42,068 nucleotides of DNA from an uncultured Gemmatimonadota bacterium (GTDB lineage Bacteria; GCA-2686955): positions 1 to 42,068 of the forward strand of contig CAZBBK010000050.1 of NCBI GenBank assembly GCA_964490075.1. The letters are read 5' to 3'. How positions within the stretch are numbered: position 1 is the stretch's first letter; the number at the start of each line of letters is the position of its first letter. The position numbers and the translations under genes were made by a program. This document shows positions 1 to 8,765 of this stretch, piece by piece. The notes below the pieces were generated by a model. The model was not told the DNA's origin, made no database searches, and worked only from the letters and a program-made list of their open reading frames with translations.

Positions 1-8
1 ATCCGCAA

Positions 9-417
9 AAAGTTGGAGAATCGATTGCCATTTTCCCCGTTTTGACCCCTCGAAATCGCCCGAAATCGAGCCAAATCGTTGTGTGGCTTCGTAGTAGCCA
101 GAAATCAAAAAGTTGGAGAATCGACCTTCTTCGGGGGTACCGAAATCGATTCTCCAACTTTCGGTTGGATCGATACGCGCGTCCGACATGATGCACGCCC
201 GCAACTTCATGTCATGAAACAGCTTTCCCCCTGTCCAGGTTGACTGGGTGATATGCCCCAAGTTGTGAAATTTGGAGAATCGACTCGGCGGACCCCTCTT
301 CGAGGCGATTCTCCAACTTTCGAAAATCGGCCCAAGCGCCCGGCACTCGCCCGTAATCTGTTGAACCATAACGAATTGGAGCGTTTTCGCGGGCTTCTCC
401 AGAAGTTGGAGAATCGA
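9..417. repeat. Six copies of a 16-bp motif (consensus AAAGTTGGAGAATCGA) in direct and inverted orientation; possible CRISPR leader or regulatory region
   Basis: Direct copies at 9-24, 109-124, 268-283 and 402-417; inverted copies ((T/G)CGATTCTCCAACTTT) at 146-161 and 305-320. The region is more AT-rich than the coding DNA and lies upstream of cas6. Confidence 0.85.
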
Positions 418-862
418 CCTGGCCCCCCTTGTCCGGCGTATCTGGCTGTGAGACAGCGACTTCTGGGCGAATCCCGGCGACTTTGGAGTTGGGGAGCCGC
501 GGGCGCACCGAGGTCGGCCGCGCTCTTCCTGGCCGTCCGCCCATGCATCGACCCCGCCCCATTCGCGGCCCGGTTGGTCCACAGGACTCCTTTGTACAAG
601 AAGTCTCGATCCCAGCGCTCGGGACCGCCGCTCCGGTCGAGTGATGGGTGCGCGGCGTGAGCATCGTCCCCAGCAGCGCTTCAGCGACCCGGCCCGCACC
701 CGGCGCGCTCCGGCCGAGCAGTCTCGCCGCCGAGGTTGGCGACCGAGCCGGGGTTCGGAATCGGGAGCTCCATTTTGTGGTGGCGCTCGCCACTTTGATC
801 GACTAGCGTGCGCCCTCCAGGCATGAGAAGCAGTGCACCGGCACCAGGAGTGAAAGGCCAGC

Positions 863-1861
863 GTGATGATGATCGGGGGGACGAAGGGAAGCGGGATCGC
901 CGACTCCGTCGCGTCCGCCCTGGATGTGAGCGTTTCCCGCCACGAGCTGCGCCTCGACCTCGAGGGGGGAGCTCGCCTTCCCGCGTTTCCGGGCTCGGAG
1001 CTCCGCGGCATGATCGGGCAGGGCCTGCAAGCACTGGCCTGCTCGCGTCCGGGCGCCGAGCACGGTGCCTGCGACTCGTGCCCCGATACGGCGCGCGGCG
1101 CCTGCGACCACTGGCGACACTTCATGGAGCCCGCCTTTCCCGCCGCGATCGCCGACCTCGTGGGGCGCAACGGCCCAAAGCCCTACGTGCTGCGGCTCCC
1201 TTTCGCCACCGACCGCGCTCCGGACGACATCGCGCTGCATTCCGCCGCCGACTCCATCGCCCTGGATCTCGGCGTGTTCGACACCAGCCTGGCCCGCCAG
1301 GGCTCGTTGCTGCGCGCGCTGGAGATCAGCGGCTCCCGCAAACGCCTCGGCTGGGGACCACGCTGCCGCTTCACCCTCCGCTCGCCGGCTGATGCCCGAA
1401 CCGAGTCCATTCGCGACCGGCTGGAGCGCCTGCGCGGAGCAACCTGCGTGCGACTGGCGTTTCGCACACCGCTGGCGATTCGTCGCAGCCAGCGTGTGCT
1501 CACCTGGTTCGACCTGGCGGCCTTCGCGCTGGCCCTTCGCGACCGCTGGCTGAGCGTGGCGGCGACATATTTCGGGTCCTCCTCGGCCGACTTCGACGCC
1601 GAGACCGGCGTCCTGGAGGCGACACGCGGAGTCAGGGTGGAGCGAGCGATGACTCGAACCGTGCGCCAGATGCGGCTCGGCCGGCGCACGCGGAAGCAGC
1701 CCTTCCACGGCATCGTCGGGGGCGCCGAGCTGAGCGGAGACCTGGCCGCTTTCCTGCCCTACCTGGCGGCCGCGGAAGTGCTCCAGGTCGGCCTGCACAC
1801 GACCTTTGGCTACGGCGTGGTGGACGTGGAGAGAGTGAGGAACGATGTCTCGCGAAGCTGA
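863..1861 (+). CDS. cas6: CRISPR pre-crRNA processing endoribonuclease Cas6 (RAMP)
   Basis: N-terminal 'LPAFPGSELRGMIG', Cys cluster (C..CDSCP..C), 'PKPYVL' and C-terminal Gly-rich loop 'QVGLHTTFGYG'; first gene of the cas operon. Exact start uncertain. Confidence 0.85.
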   Translation: MMMIGGTKGSGIADSVASALDVSVSRHELRLDLEGGARLPAFPGSELRGMIGQGLQALACSRPGAEHGACDSCPDTARGACDHWRHFMEPAFPAAIADLVGRNGPKPYVLRLPFATDRAPDDIALHSAADSIALDLGVFDTSLARQGSLLRALEISGSRKRLGWGPRCRFTLRSPADARTESIRDRLERLRGATCVRLAFRTPLAIRRSQRVLTWFDLAAFALALRDRWLSVAATYFGSSSADFDAETGVLEATRGVRVERAMTRTVRQMRLGRRTRKQPFHGIVGGAELSGDLAAFLPYLAAAEVLQVGLHTTFGYGVVDVERVRNDVSRS

Positions 1862-3632
1862 CCCCGGAACACAGCGTTCCACTCCGGCCGACCCGGTCGC
1901 AACCGGCGAGCTTGGGACGTTTCAGCACCACACCCGCATGATCTTGCCCCTGCGCCTGGCCGGACAGGGCGGCTCCCGGTCCCAGGATCTGACGCTCGCC
2001 ACCGAGCGCCTGGATGCCCGCGGCGCGCCTCGCCAGATGCGAGAGATCGACCAAGGGGTCGATCCGCCGAGGTTCTGGACCACCCTCGGAGACGGCAAGC
2101 GACACATGCAGCGCCGCTTCCTCCTGCCCTTCGTGCGCGACCTGCTCGACGATCCGGAGGATCGAGATATAGCCCACAACGAAGTCGGGATCGTTCGGCG
2201 CCAGATCGCACCGGAAACCCTGGAACGTCTCACCATCGGAGGCCGCCCCCTCGCCCTCACGAAACGGTCCGGAGCCCAATTCCCCTTCCTGATTCACCTG
2301 TCGGATATCGAGCTCTACCTCTTCGACAGCATGCTCTGCTTCGTCCTCGTCGAGCTGACGATCGATGGACGGGATGCGCGCCTCTCCGAGGCCCAGGATC
2401 TCGCCTACGCGTTGCGCTCGGTCAGCGAAGACGAATGTGAGCTCGTCCAACTGTCCCTCGCGCCGGCGCCGGCCCGGCGCAATGAGAAGAGGTCGGAGGT
2501 AGAGCTGACGGAGGCGCAGCGGGCAAAGCAACTCGAAAGAGAGCGAGCGCGCACCACCGACGATCGGTTCTTCAATCGGATCATCGCCGGAGAGAGTTTC
2601 ACTTTTCCCGAGCTGCTGCTCTGGCTGGTCGACACCGGCGCGCCGAAGGAACCGTCGCCATCGAGCGCCGCCCGGGCACTGCCCCTGAGCCCCGGATGGG
2701 GACCGCGTCTCTGCGCCTACCACGTTCTCGCGTTCGACGGCGAGATCCCCGGCGATCACCACCTCGCCCAATGGCCGGCCACTCCCGAGCTGCTGCGGCT
2801 CACCCGCCTGGGGCACTCCGGCTACCAGATCCGCCCCCACGATCTCGATCCCGCCCGCAACCCCGCCCTCTTCCGGGGCTCCGGCAACGTCCTCTTCTCG
2901 CTGGGGCGAGAGAGCAGCGTGGTGCTGCGCGCCAGCGGCACCGCGGAGTTCGAGACCGAGCAAGAGCAGCGCACCCGGTGGGGGTATGTTCTGCTCCTGC
3001 TCTTGACCATGCACCAGTCGATTCGACTGCTGGAATTGCAGCGCGAGGGTGCCGCGGTGTACAACGGCGTGCTCGGCGGGACCCCATCGAACGGTCCCCT
3101 CGAGGCGCGGATCGAGGCAGTGAAGAACCTGCTCTCGAGCGTGCTCGCGTTCACCTTGCGCCACTGCTACTCGGAGGTTTCCGGGCACACCTACTACCGC
3201 CTGGCGTACAAGGGCTGGCACGACGTGTTCGGTGTGCGGGCTACTTGGGACGACTTGCGCAACGAGGTCCGCGAGCTGGACGACGTTTTCGATCGGCTGC
3301 AGCAGAGCCAGATGCTACAAACCCAGAACGAGATCATCGCCAGGCAATCCGATCTGCTGAGGCAAGAGGTGAGCTCCGCGCGCGAGGAATCACTGCGCAA
3401 CCAGCGGGATCGGCGTTTCCAGACCTGGATGACGGTGCTGGGCACACTTCTGCTTCCGCCGACCGTGGTCTTTTCCTACTTCGGCATGAACTACCAGACC
3501 ATGGACGAGACGAGCATCTTCTTGCCTTCGAGGCCGAGCGATCTGATGCTCATCGCGCCCGCGGTCGGATTGACCCTGATCTTCTTGATCTTGATGGTCG
3601 GGTTCGGATGGACTCGGCGTAAAGAGGGTTAG
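1845..3632 (+). CDS. corA: Type III CRISPR-associated CorA-family membrane effector
   Basis: Large soluble N-terminus, coiled-coil stalk, then two C-terminal hydrophobic helices with the CorA GMN signature ('VVFSYFGMNY'); overlaps the end of cas6. Confidence 0.8.
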   Translation: MSREADPGTQRSTPADPVATGELGTFQHHTRMILPLRLAGQGGSRSQDLTLATERLDARGAPRQMREIDQGVDPPRFWTTLGDGKRHMQRRFLLPFVRDLLDDPEDRDIAHNEVGIVRRQIAPETLERLTIGGRPLALTKRSGAQFPFLIHLSDIELYLFDSMLCFVLVELTIDGRDARLSEAQDLAYALRSVSEDECELVQLSLAPAPARRNEKRSEVELTEAQRAKQLERERARTTDDRFFNRIIAGESFTFPELLLWLVDTGAPKEPSPSSAARALPLSPGWGPRLCAYHVLAFDGEIPGDHHLAQWPATPELLRLTRLGHSGYQIRPHDLDPARNPALFRGSGNVLFSLGRESSVVLRASGTAEFETEQEQRTRWGYVLLLLLTMHQSIRLLELQREGAAVYNGVLGGTPSNGPLEARIEAVKNLLSSVLAFTLRHCYSEVSGHTYYRLAYKGWHDVFGVRATWDDLRNEVRELDDVFDRLQQSQMLQTQNEIIARQSDLLRQEVSSAREESLRNQRDRRFQTWMTVLGTLLLPPTVVFSYFGMNYQTMDETSIFLPSRPSDLMLIAPAVGLTLIFLILMVGFGWTRRKEG

Positions 3633-3636
3633 AGGA

Positions 3637-4872
3637 ATGAAGTGTCTTTTTGTGACGGTGGGCGGCTCGCCGGCGCCGATCATGACCGCCATCGAGCACC
3701 ACGCTCCAGATCGAACGGTGTTCATCTGCTCGATGGACGACCCCGTCTCCGGCCGCCCCGGCAGCCACACGCAAGTCACCGGCGAGGGCAAGGTCTGCAA
3801 ATCGAAGTTCGACGTAGAGAAACCGGATCGGCCCAACATCCCCACGCAGCTCTGCATGGAGCCGGACAGCTTCGAAGTGTTGCTGGTGCCCGCTGATGAT
3901 CCGGTGACCGTTGCCTCTCTGGTCGAGGAACAGCTCCTGCGACCGATCGAGGATCCGACCGCCCGGATCCTGGCCGACTACACCGGCGGAACCAAGTCGA
4001 TGTCGGCCGGCCTCTTCCTGGCGGTCGTGCAGCAGCAGCAACGGGTCGAGCTCTTTCTGGTCGGGGGCCTTCGGGTCGACCTGGTCCGTGTCGCGGATGG
4101 TCATCAGTCGGTGCGCCAGGTCGACGCATCGCCGGTGCAACTTCGCTGGCGAATCGCCGAGGCCGAGCGGGCGTGGGACCGGCACGGCTACCAGGAGGCC
4201 GCCGACCTGCTCGCGGCGACCGAGTCCCCCGATCCGGAGCTGCAACGATGGCTGATCGCCAGCCGCGCATTCGCGGCCTGGGACGCCTTCGATCACGCCC
4301 ATGCCTATGAGCTGCTCCAGCCTTTCATGGTGGCGGTCGATCGGCGCCATGTGGAGTCGCTCGCGCAGCTCAAGAGCGAGCAGATGCGGCACTCGAATCA
4401 GCCCTTGAAGATCTGGGATCTGCGTCTGATGTCCGATCGCCGCGCCGCCACTGGCCGCCACGATGTCGCGGTGCTGGTCCTGTACCGTGCCATGGAGTGG
4501 ATCGCCCGGTGGGCGCTCGCACAGATCGGCATCGACGCCGACGACGCAGCCGACCGGTCCGACATCGCCGATCTGACGGTCCGCGGTCACGACGACAAGC
4601 CGAAGCTCGACCTGCACGGTGCCTGGAGCGCGCTCGGGCGCATCGCACCGGAGAGTCCCCTCGGCAAGGTGGCCCGGGCGACCGAGAAGTCGCGGCTCGG
4701 TTTCGCCGGACTGCGCAACGGTTCTCTCTTTGCGCACGGCCAGACCCCTCTGGCGCGCGGCCGCTTCGAAGAGGCACGCGACTGGCTCGACCAGGAAGTA
4801 ATGGCGACATTTCTGGATGTCGCTTTCAGTGGCCAGAGTCCCTACCCGCAGCTGCCGCGGACCTGCCCCTAA
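3637..4872 (+). CDS. CARF-HEPN CRISPR ancillary protein (TIGR02710-like), probable cOA-activated RNase
   Basis: N-terminal 'VTVGGSPAPI', CARF motif 'ADYTGGTKSMSAGL' and C-terminal HEPN-like 'RNGSLFAHG'. Confidence 0.8.
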   Translation: MKCLFVTVGGSPAPIMTAIEHHAPDRTVFICSMDDPVSGRPGSHTQVTGEGKVCKSKFDVEKPDRPNIPTQLCMEPDSFEVLLVPADDPVTVASLVEEQLLRPIEDPTARILADYTGGTKSMSAGLFLAVVQQQQRVELFLVGGLRVDLVRVADGHQSVRQVDASPVQLRWRIAEAERAWDRHGYQEAADLLAATESPDPELQRWLIASRAFAAWDAFDHAHAYELLQPFMVAVDRRHVESLAQLKSEQMRHSNQPLKIWDLRLMSDRRAATGRHDVAVLVLYRAMEWIARWALAQIGIDADDAADRSDIADLTVRGHDDKPKLDLHGAWSALGRIAPESPLGKVARATEKSRLGFAGLRNGSLFAHGQTPLARGRFEEARDWLDQEVMATFLDVAFSGQSPYPQLPRTCP

Positions 4873-4890
4873 ACCCGATTCCCGCTCATC

Positions 4891-6066
4891 ATGGCCGATT
4901 CGCCGCTCCCCCGCCCCCGTGCCCTGATCTCACTGGTCGACGACAACCCGCTGCTCCCGGCGTTGGTGGCGCGACATATACGACCCGCGCAGTGGACTCT
5001 GGTCAGCTCCGACCGCCCCAACGCCCTCGGCAGAGTCGAAGAGATGGCGGCCTGGGCGCGGCGCTTCGGCATCGACACCCGATCGGTTCAGGTCGAAGAC
5101 GGATCGGTCGAGGGCGCCCGCAGCCATCTGAGCGACGCCGTCGGCTCCGCCGACACTCTGTGGATCGACGTCTCCACTTCGGGCCCCGCCCTCGCCGCCG
5201 CCGCGCACGCCGTGGCCCTCGACCGGGGCGTGCCGCGCGTGTTCGTCGACGAGACCCGCAACCGTCTCCACCTCTTGAACGGCCAGACCGAGCAGACCGA
5301 AGTGCTCGACGTTCCGATCACCGTCGCCGATTGCCTGGAGCTGCACGGCCGCGCGATCGTCAACCAGCCCCGGCGCCTCTCCGACCTGCACGAGGACGCC
5401 TGCGCGCTCTCATACTACGTGGGCTCCCGCTACGCCGACCTCGAGCCGCTCGCCACCAGCATTCGTCGCGCTCTGGTGAGCCGCCGCCGCAGGCCGATCG
5501 TCATCCCTTCCGCCGAGCACAACCGCGCCGTCGAGCACCTGCTGGAGCACCTGGGCGAGCTGGGAGCCGTCGATTCGATCGAGCCCGACCCGCATCAGCT
5601 CCGGCTCGAGCTGCGCCTCGATCACCCCATCTACTCCCTCTTCCGTGGCCCATGGCTGGAGCACTACGTCTACATGGAGGTGGCAAACCTGGTCGAAGAC
5701 GGAGTCGCCGACGACGCATTGCTGGGCGTCGAGTTCAGCTGGGACGCGGACGATCCCGGCGCCAACACCAACGAGATCGACGTCGCGTTCACCATGGGCG
5801 ACCGCCTGGTGATCGTCGAGTGCAAGTCGGGGCGCTTCGACCGCCGCGCCGATCCCGCCGCACAGCTCCATCGGCTCGTTGCGTTGCGTCGCTACGTCGG
5901 AGCGACGACGGCGGAAGCGGTCCTGGTGGTGGCGAAGCGGGTCCATCATCGAGCCATGATTCGCCGCCGGGCGCGCGAGATGGATGTGGCGCTCTTCGAT
6001 CTGCGGGACCTGCGTGATCTGGACGAGCATCTCCGTTCGCTGCGTCCGGGCGTGCGGCTGGTCTGA
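4891..6066 (+). CDS. Can2/Card1-like (DUF1887-type) CARF + PD-(D/E)xK nuclease
   Basis: N-terminal Rossmann-like degenerate CARF ('ALISLVDDNPLLP', 'WIDVSTSG'); C-terminal 'GPWLEHYVY...NEIDV...VIVECKSG' restriction-like nuclease motif. Confidence 0.75.
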   Translation: MADSPLPRPRALISLVDDNPLLPALVARHIRPAQWTLVSSDRPNALGRVEEMAAWARRFGIDTRSVQVEDGSVEGARSHLSDAVGSADTLWIDVSTSGPALAAAAHAVALDRGVPRVFVDETRNRLHLLNGQTEQTEVLDVPITVADCLELHGRAIVNQPRRLSDLHEDACALSYYVGSRYADLEPLATSIRRALVSRRRRPIVIPSAEHNRAVEHLLEHLGELGAVDSIEPDPHQLRLELRLDHPIYSLFRGPWLEHYVYMEVANLVEDGVADDALLGVEFSWDADDPGANTNEIDVAFTMGDRLVIVECKSGRFDRRADPAAQLHRLVALRRYVGATTAEAVLVVAKRVHHRAMIRRRAREMDVALFDLRDLRDLDEHLRSLRPGVRLV

Positions 6067-6077
6067 ATGCAGGCATC

Positions 6078-6368
6078 GTGGCCAGGACGACGCTTCTGCA
6101 CATCGTCGCCTACGACGTCGCCTGCGACCGGCGCCGAACCCGCGTGATGAACGCACTGAAAGACGTGGGCGTGCGCGTCAACTACAGCGTTTACGAGTGC
6201 GTTCTGCCGGCGGGCGACGCGGCGGAGCTTCTGAGCCGGCTGCAGGGACTGATCCGGCAGAGCGAGGATCACATCCGCATGTATCGTCTGTGCGGCTCCT
6301 GCGCGGTCGAGACCAAGGTCATCGGCAGCTTCGACGATCCGGACGCCGGCATCATCAACATCTCATGA
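6078..6368 (+). CDS. cas2: CRISPR-associated endonuclease Cas2
   Basis: 96 aa; 'IVAYDV', 'RVNYSVYEC', 'DHIRMYRLCGSC'; directly upstream of RT-cas1. Confidence 0.92.
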   Translation: MARTTLLHIVAYDVACDRRRTRVMNALKDVGVRVNYSVYECVLPAGDAAELLSRLQGLIRQSEDHIRMYRLCGSCAVETKVIGSFDDPDAGIINIS

Positions 6369-6384
6369 CCGGAGAACCCGCGAC

Positions 6385-8688
6385 TTGGGCGAGCTCTACC
6401 AGGAGATCATCACCGAGAACAGTCTCTTCGAGGCCTGGCGTGTCGTCGGCCGGCGGCCGGTCGCGCACGGCCTCGACGGTGTCGATCCCCAGATGTTCCA
6501 GCGTGATCTCGACGCGGAGATCGTCGAGCTGGCGCGAGATCTGGCTTCGTACCGGTTCGCGCCGGTGCCGGCACGCCAGGTCTTCGTGCCGAAGGGCGGA
6601 AGCGAATGGCGGGAGCTCGCGCTCCCTTCGATCCGCGACAAGATCGTGCAGCAAGCGGCGCGCCGTGCGGTGGAACCGATCCTGGAGCGGACCTTTCTGG
6701 ACTGCAGCTACGCTTACCGCAAAGGGAAGAGCGCCTGGAAGGCGATCGGGCGTACGCGCCACGAGCTGAAGAACATCGGCGCCAACTGGGCGGTGAAGAG
6801 CGACGTGGACGACTTCTTCGACACGATCGATCATGCGCGCCTGTTCGAGATGCTGGCACGGGAGATCGACGACGCCGACGTGGTACGTCTGATCCGTATC
6901 TTCGTCGAGAACGGCGTGATGGGGGCGACTGGAGAGCTGCGCGACCCGGTGAGCGGCGTGCCGACCGGGTCGGTATTGGCACCGCTCCTGAGCAATCTGT
7001 ACTTGAGCGGATTCGATCGCTATCTGCGCGACACCGATGTCTGCCACGTGCGCTACGCGGACGACTGGGTGATGCTGATGAAGAGCAAGTCCAGAGCGAA
7101 GGAGGCATCCGAGGCGGTAACAACGTACTTGAAGGAGCGCCTCGGATTGAGGATCAACCGGCGGCGGCAACCCTACTACGCGACCGAACGGGGCTTCCCC
7201 TTTCTGGGGTTCTGGGTGCGTGCGCGGGAGCTTCGCATCGACCGCGCCAAGATCGGCAAGACCGAGCGAATGCTTCAGTCGCTGGCGAAGCGGTCGGCGC
7301 GATGGTCGATGAACGCGGTGGTGAGCCACCTCTGCGCCAAGGCGGAGCACTGGAAGCGCTACTACGCGAAGATCGACGGCGGCAGCGAGTTGCTGGAGCT
7401 GGAGGCCCATCTTCGACAGTTCTTGCTCGATGCGCTCCAACTCCGTATCGAGCAGGAAAGGGAAGAGGACGCCGCGACCTGGAAGAGGCGCCTGCGACGC
7501 TTTCCGTGGCCCGCGCCGGGGGACGGCGCCGAGAGGCTCGAGAAGGCCTGGAAGGAGCGAGAGGATCAGCGCGCCCGGGAGCAGCAAGAGGCGAAGAAGC
7601 AGCAAGCGACAGATCGGGCGGTACGCAGGACCCGGCGCCGTTACCGCAAGGCGGTCGCCGACAAGACAGAGCTGGTGATCTGGAAGAGGGGCGCGCGCCT
7701 GGCGCGGCGCGGCGAGCGGATCTGGATCAAGCCGTCCGCCAAGGGCAAGGCGATCGAGCGACCCGCGGCGCGGGTGCGGTCGGTGGTGGTGCGGGCCAAG
7801 GGCGTCGAGATCAGCGCCGATGCGCTCTCGCTCTGCGCCCAGAACGACGTGGCGGTGAGCTTCCTGGGCAAGCGCGGCCGGCCCTTCGCGCTGCTGCACT
7901 ATCCGGAGTCGGCGCAAGCTGAGCTGCTCCTGTCCCAGCTCGAGGCGGCGACCGGTACGCGCGGCCTGGAGATCTCTTGCCGCCTGGTGCAGGCCAAAGT
8001 ACGCAACCAGGCCAATCTGCTGCGGTACTTCGGCAAGTACCTGGAGAAGAGTGACGCAAGGACGCATGAGCGCCTGGACGAACTGGTGCTGGACGCCCGC
8101 CGTTGCGCGCTGGAGCTGAACGAGATCCGCCGCGCGGCGGCCGGCATGGAGCCCGACGCCGGTCGCGGCAAGATCTTCGCCGCAGAGGGGCGCGGCGCGG
8201 CATCGTACTGGCGGGGGGTCCGCGAGCTGGTGGAGCCCGACTACAGCTTCCCGAAGCGGACCCACAGAGGCGCGAAGGACCCCATCAACTCCGCGCTCAA
8301 CTACGGCTACGGCATTCTCTACCACCGGATCGAGAACGAGATCATGAAATCCGGCCTGCACCCGCAGATCGGGTTCCTGCACAAAGGGATCGGCAAGCGT
8401 CCGTCGCTCAGCTTCGATCTCATCGAGCTCTTTCGGGCGCCGGTGGTCGATCGCGCCGTCATCGCCATGGTGTCGCGGCGGGAGCCGATCGAGGTCGAGG
8501 TCGAAGGCCGACTGGCGGAAGAGAGCAGACGTGCGATCGCCGACAACGTGCTGGAACGTTGGCGATCCGAAACGCCGTACGGCGGCGACCATCGCGACTA
8601 CGGGGCGATCCTGAGAGATCAGCTCGACCGGATCAAGAGCGTGGTGCGGGGCGAGGGCCGCTATCGGCCTTTCGTGCAGCGGTGGTGA
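6385..8688 (+). CDS. cas1: Reverse transcriptase-Cas1 fusion
   Basis: RT motifs 'RELALPSIRDKIVQ', 'SYAYRKG', 'KSDVDDFFDTI', 'GVPTGSVLAPLLSNLYL', 'RYADD'; C-terminal Cas1 with 'EGRGAASYW', 'NSALNYGY', 'GFLH', 'SFDLIELFR'. TTG start with GGAG upstream. Confidence 0.93.
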   Translation: MGELYQEIITENSLFEAWRVVGRRPVAHGLDGVDPQMFQRDLDAEIVELARDLASYRFAPVPARQVFVPKGGSEWRELALPSIRDKIVQQAARRAVEPILERTFLDCSYAYRKGKSAWKAIGRTRHELKNIGANWAVKSDVDDFFDTIDHARLFEMLAREIDDADVVRLIRIFVENGVMGATGELRDPVSGVPTGSVLAPLLSNLYLSGFDRYLRDTDVCHVRYADDWVMLMKSKSRAKEASEAVTTYLKERLGLRINRRRQPYYATERGFPFLGFWVRARELRIDRAKIGKTERMLQSLAKRSARWSMNAVVSHLCAKAEHWKRYYAKIDGGSELLELEAHLRQFLLDALQLRIEQEREEDAATWKRRLRRFPWPAPGDGAERLEKAWKEREDQRAREQQEAKKQQATDRAVRRTRRRYRKAVADKTELVIWKRGARLARRGERIWIKPSAKGKAIERPAARVRSVVVRAKGVEISADALSLCAQNDVAVSFLGKRGRPFALLHYPESAQAELLLSQLEAATGTRGLEISCRLVQAKVRNQANLLRYFGKYLEKSDARTHERLDELVLDARRCALELNEIRRAAAGMEPDAGRGKIFAAEGRGAASYWRGVRELVEPDYSFPKRTHRGAKDPINSALNYGYGILYHRIENEIMKSGLHPQIGFLHKGIGKRPSLSFDLIELFRAPVVDRAVIAMVSRREPIEVEVEGRLAEESRRAIADNVLERWRSETPYGGDHRDYGAILRDQLDRIKSVVRGEGRYRPFVQRW

Positions 8689-8765
8689 GTCGGATTCGCT
8701 TCCTGTGAAGGGCGCGCGTCCTCGAGCCCCTGACATCGACGGAGAAAACGCAGATCGGAGGCGTC

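Noticed and set aside
1-860. CRISPR array at the left edge
   Set aside because: The motif is only 16 bp, occurs in both orientations and is irregularly spaced, with no repeat-spacer periodicity. An array may lie outside the window.
1845-3632. Housekeeping Mg2+ transporter CorA
   Set aside because: At 595 aa it is much longer than a typical transporter, has an unrelated-looking N-terminus and is embedded in the cas operon.
6385-7300. Group II intron, retron or DGR reverse transcriptase
   Set aside because: The RT is fused in frame to Cas1 and follows cas2; no intron RNA ends, msr/msd or TR/VR pair were seen.
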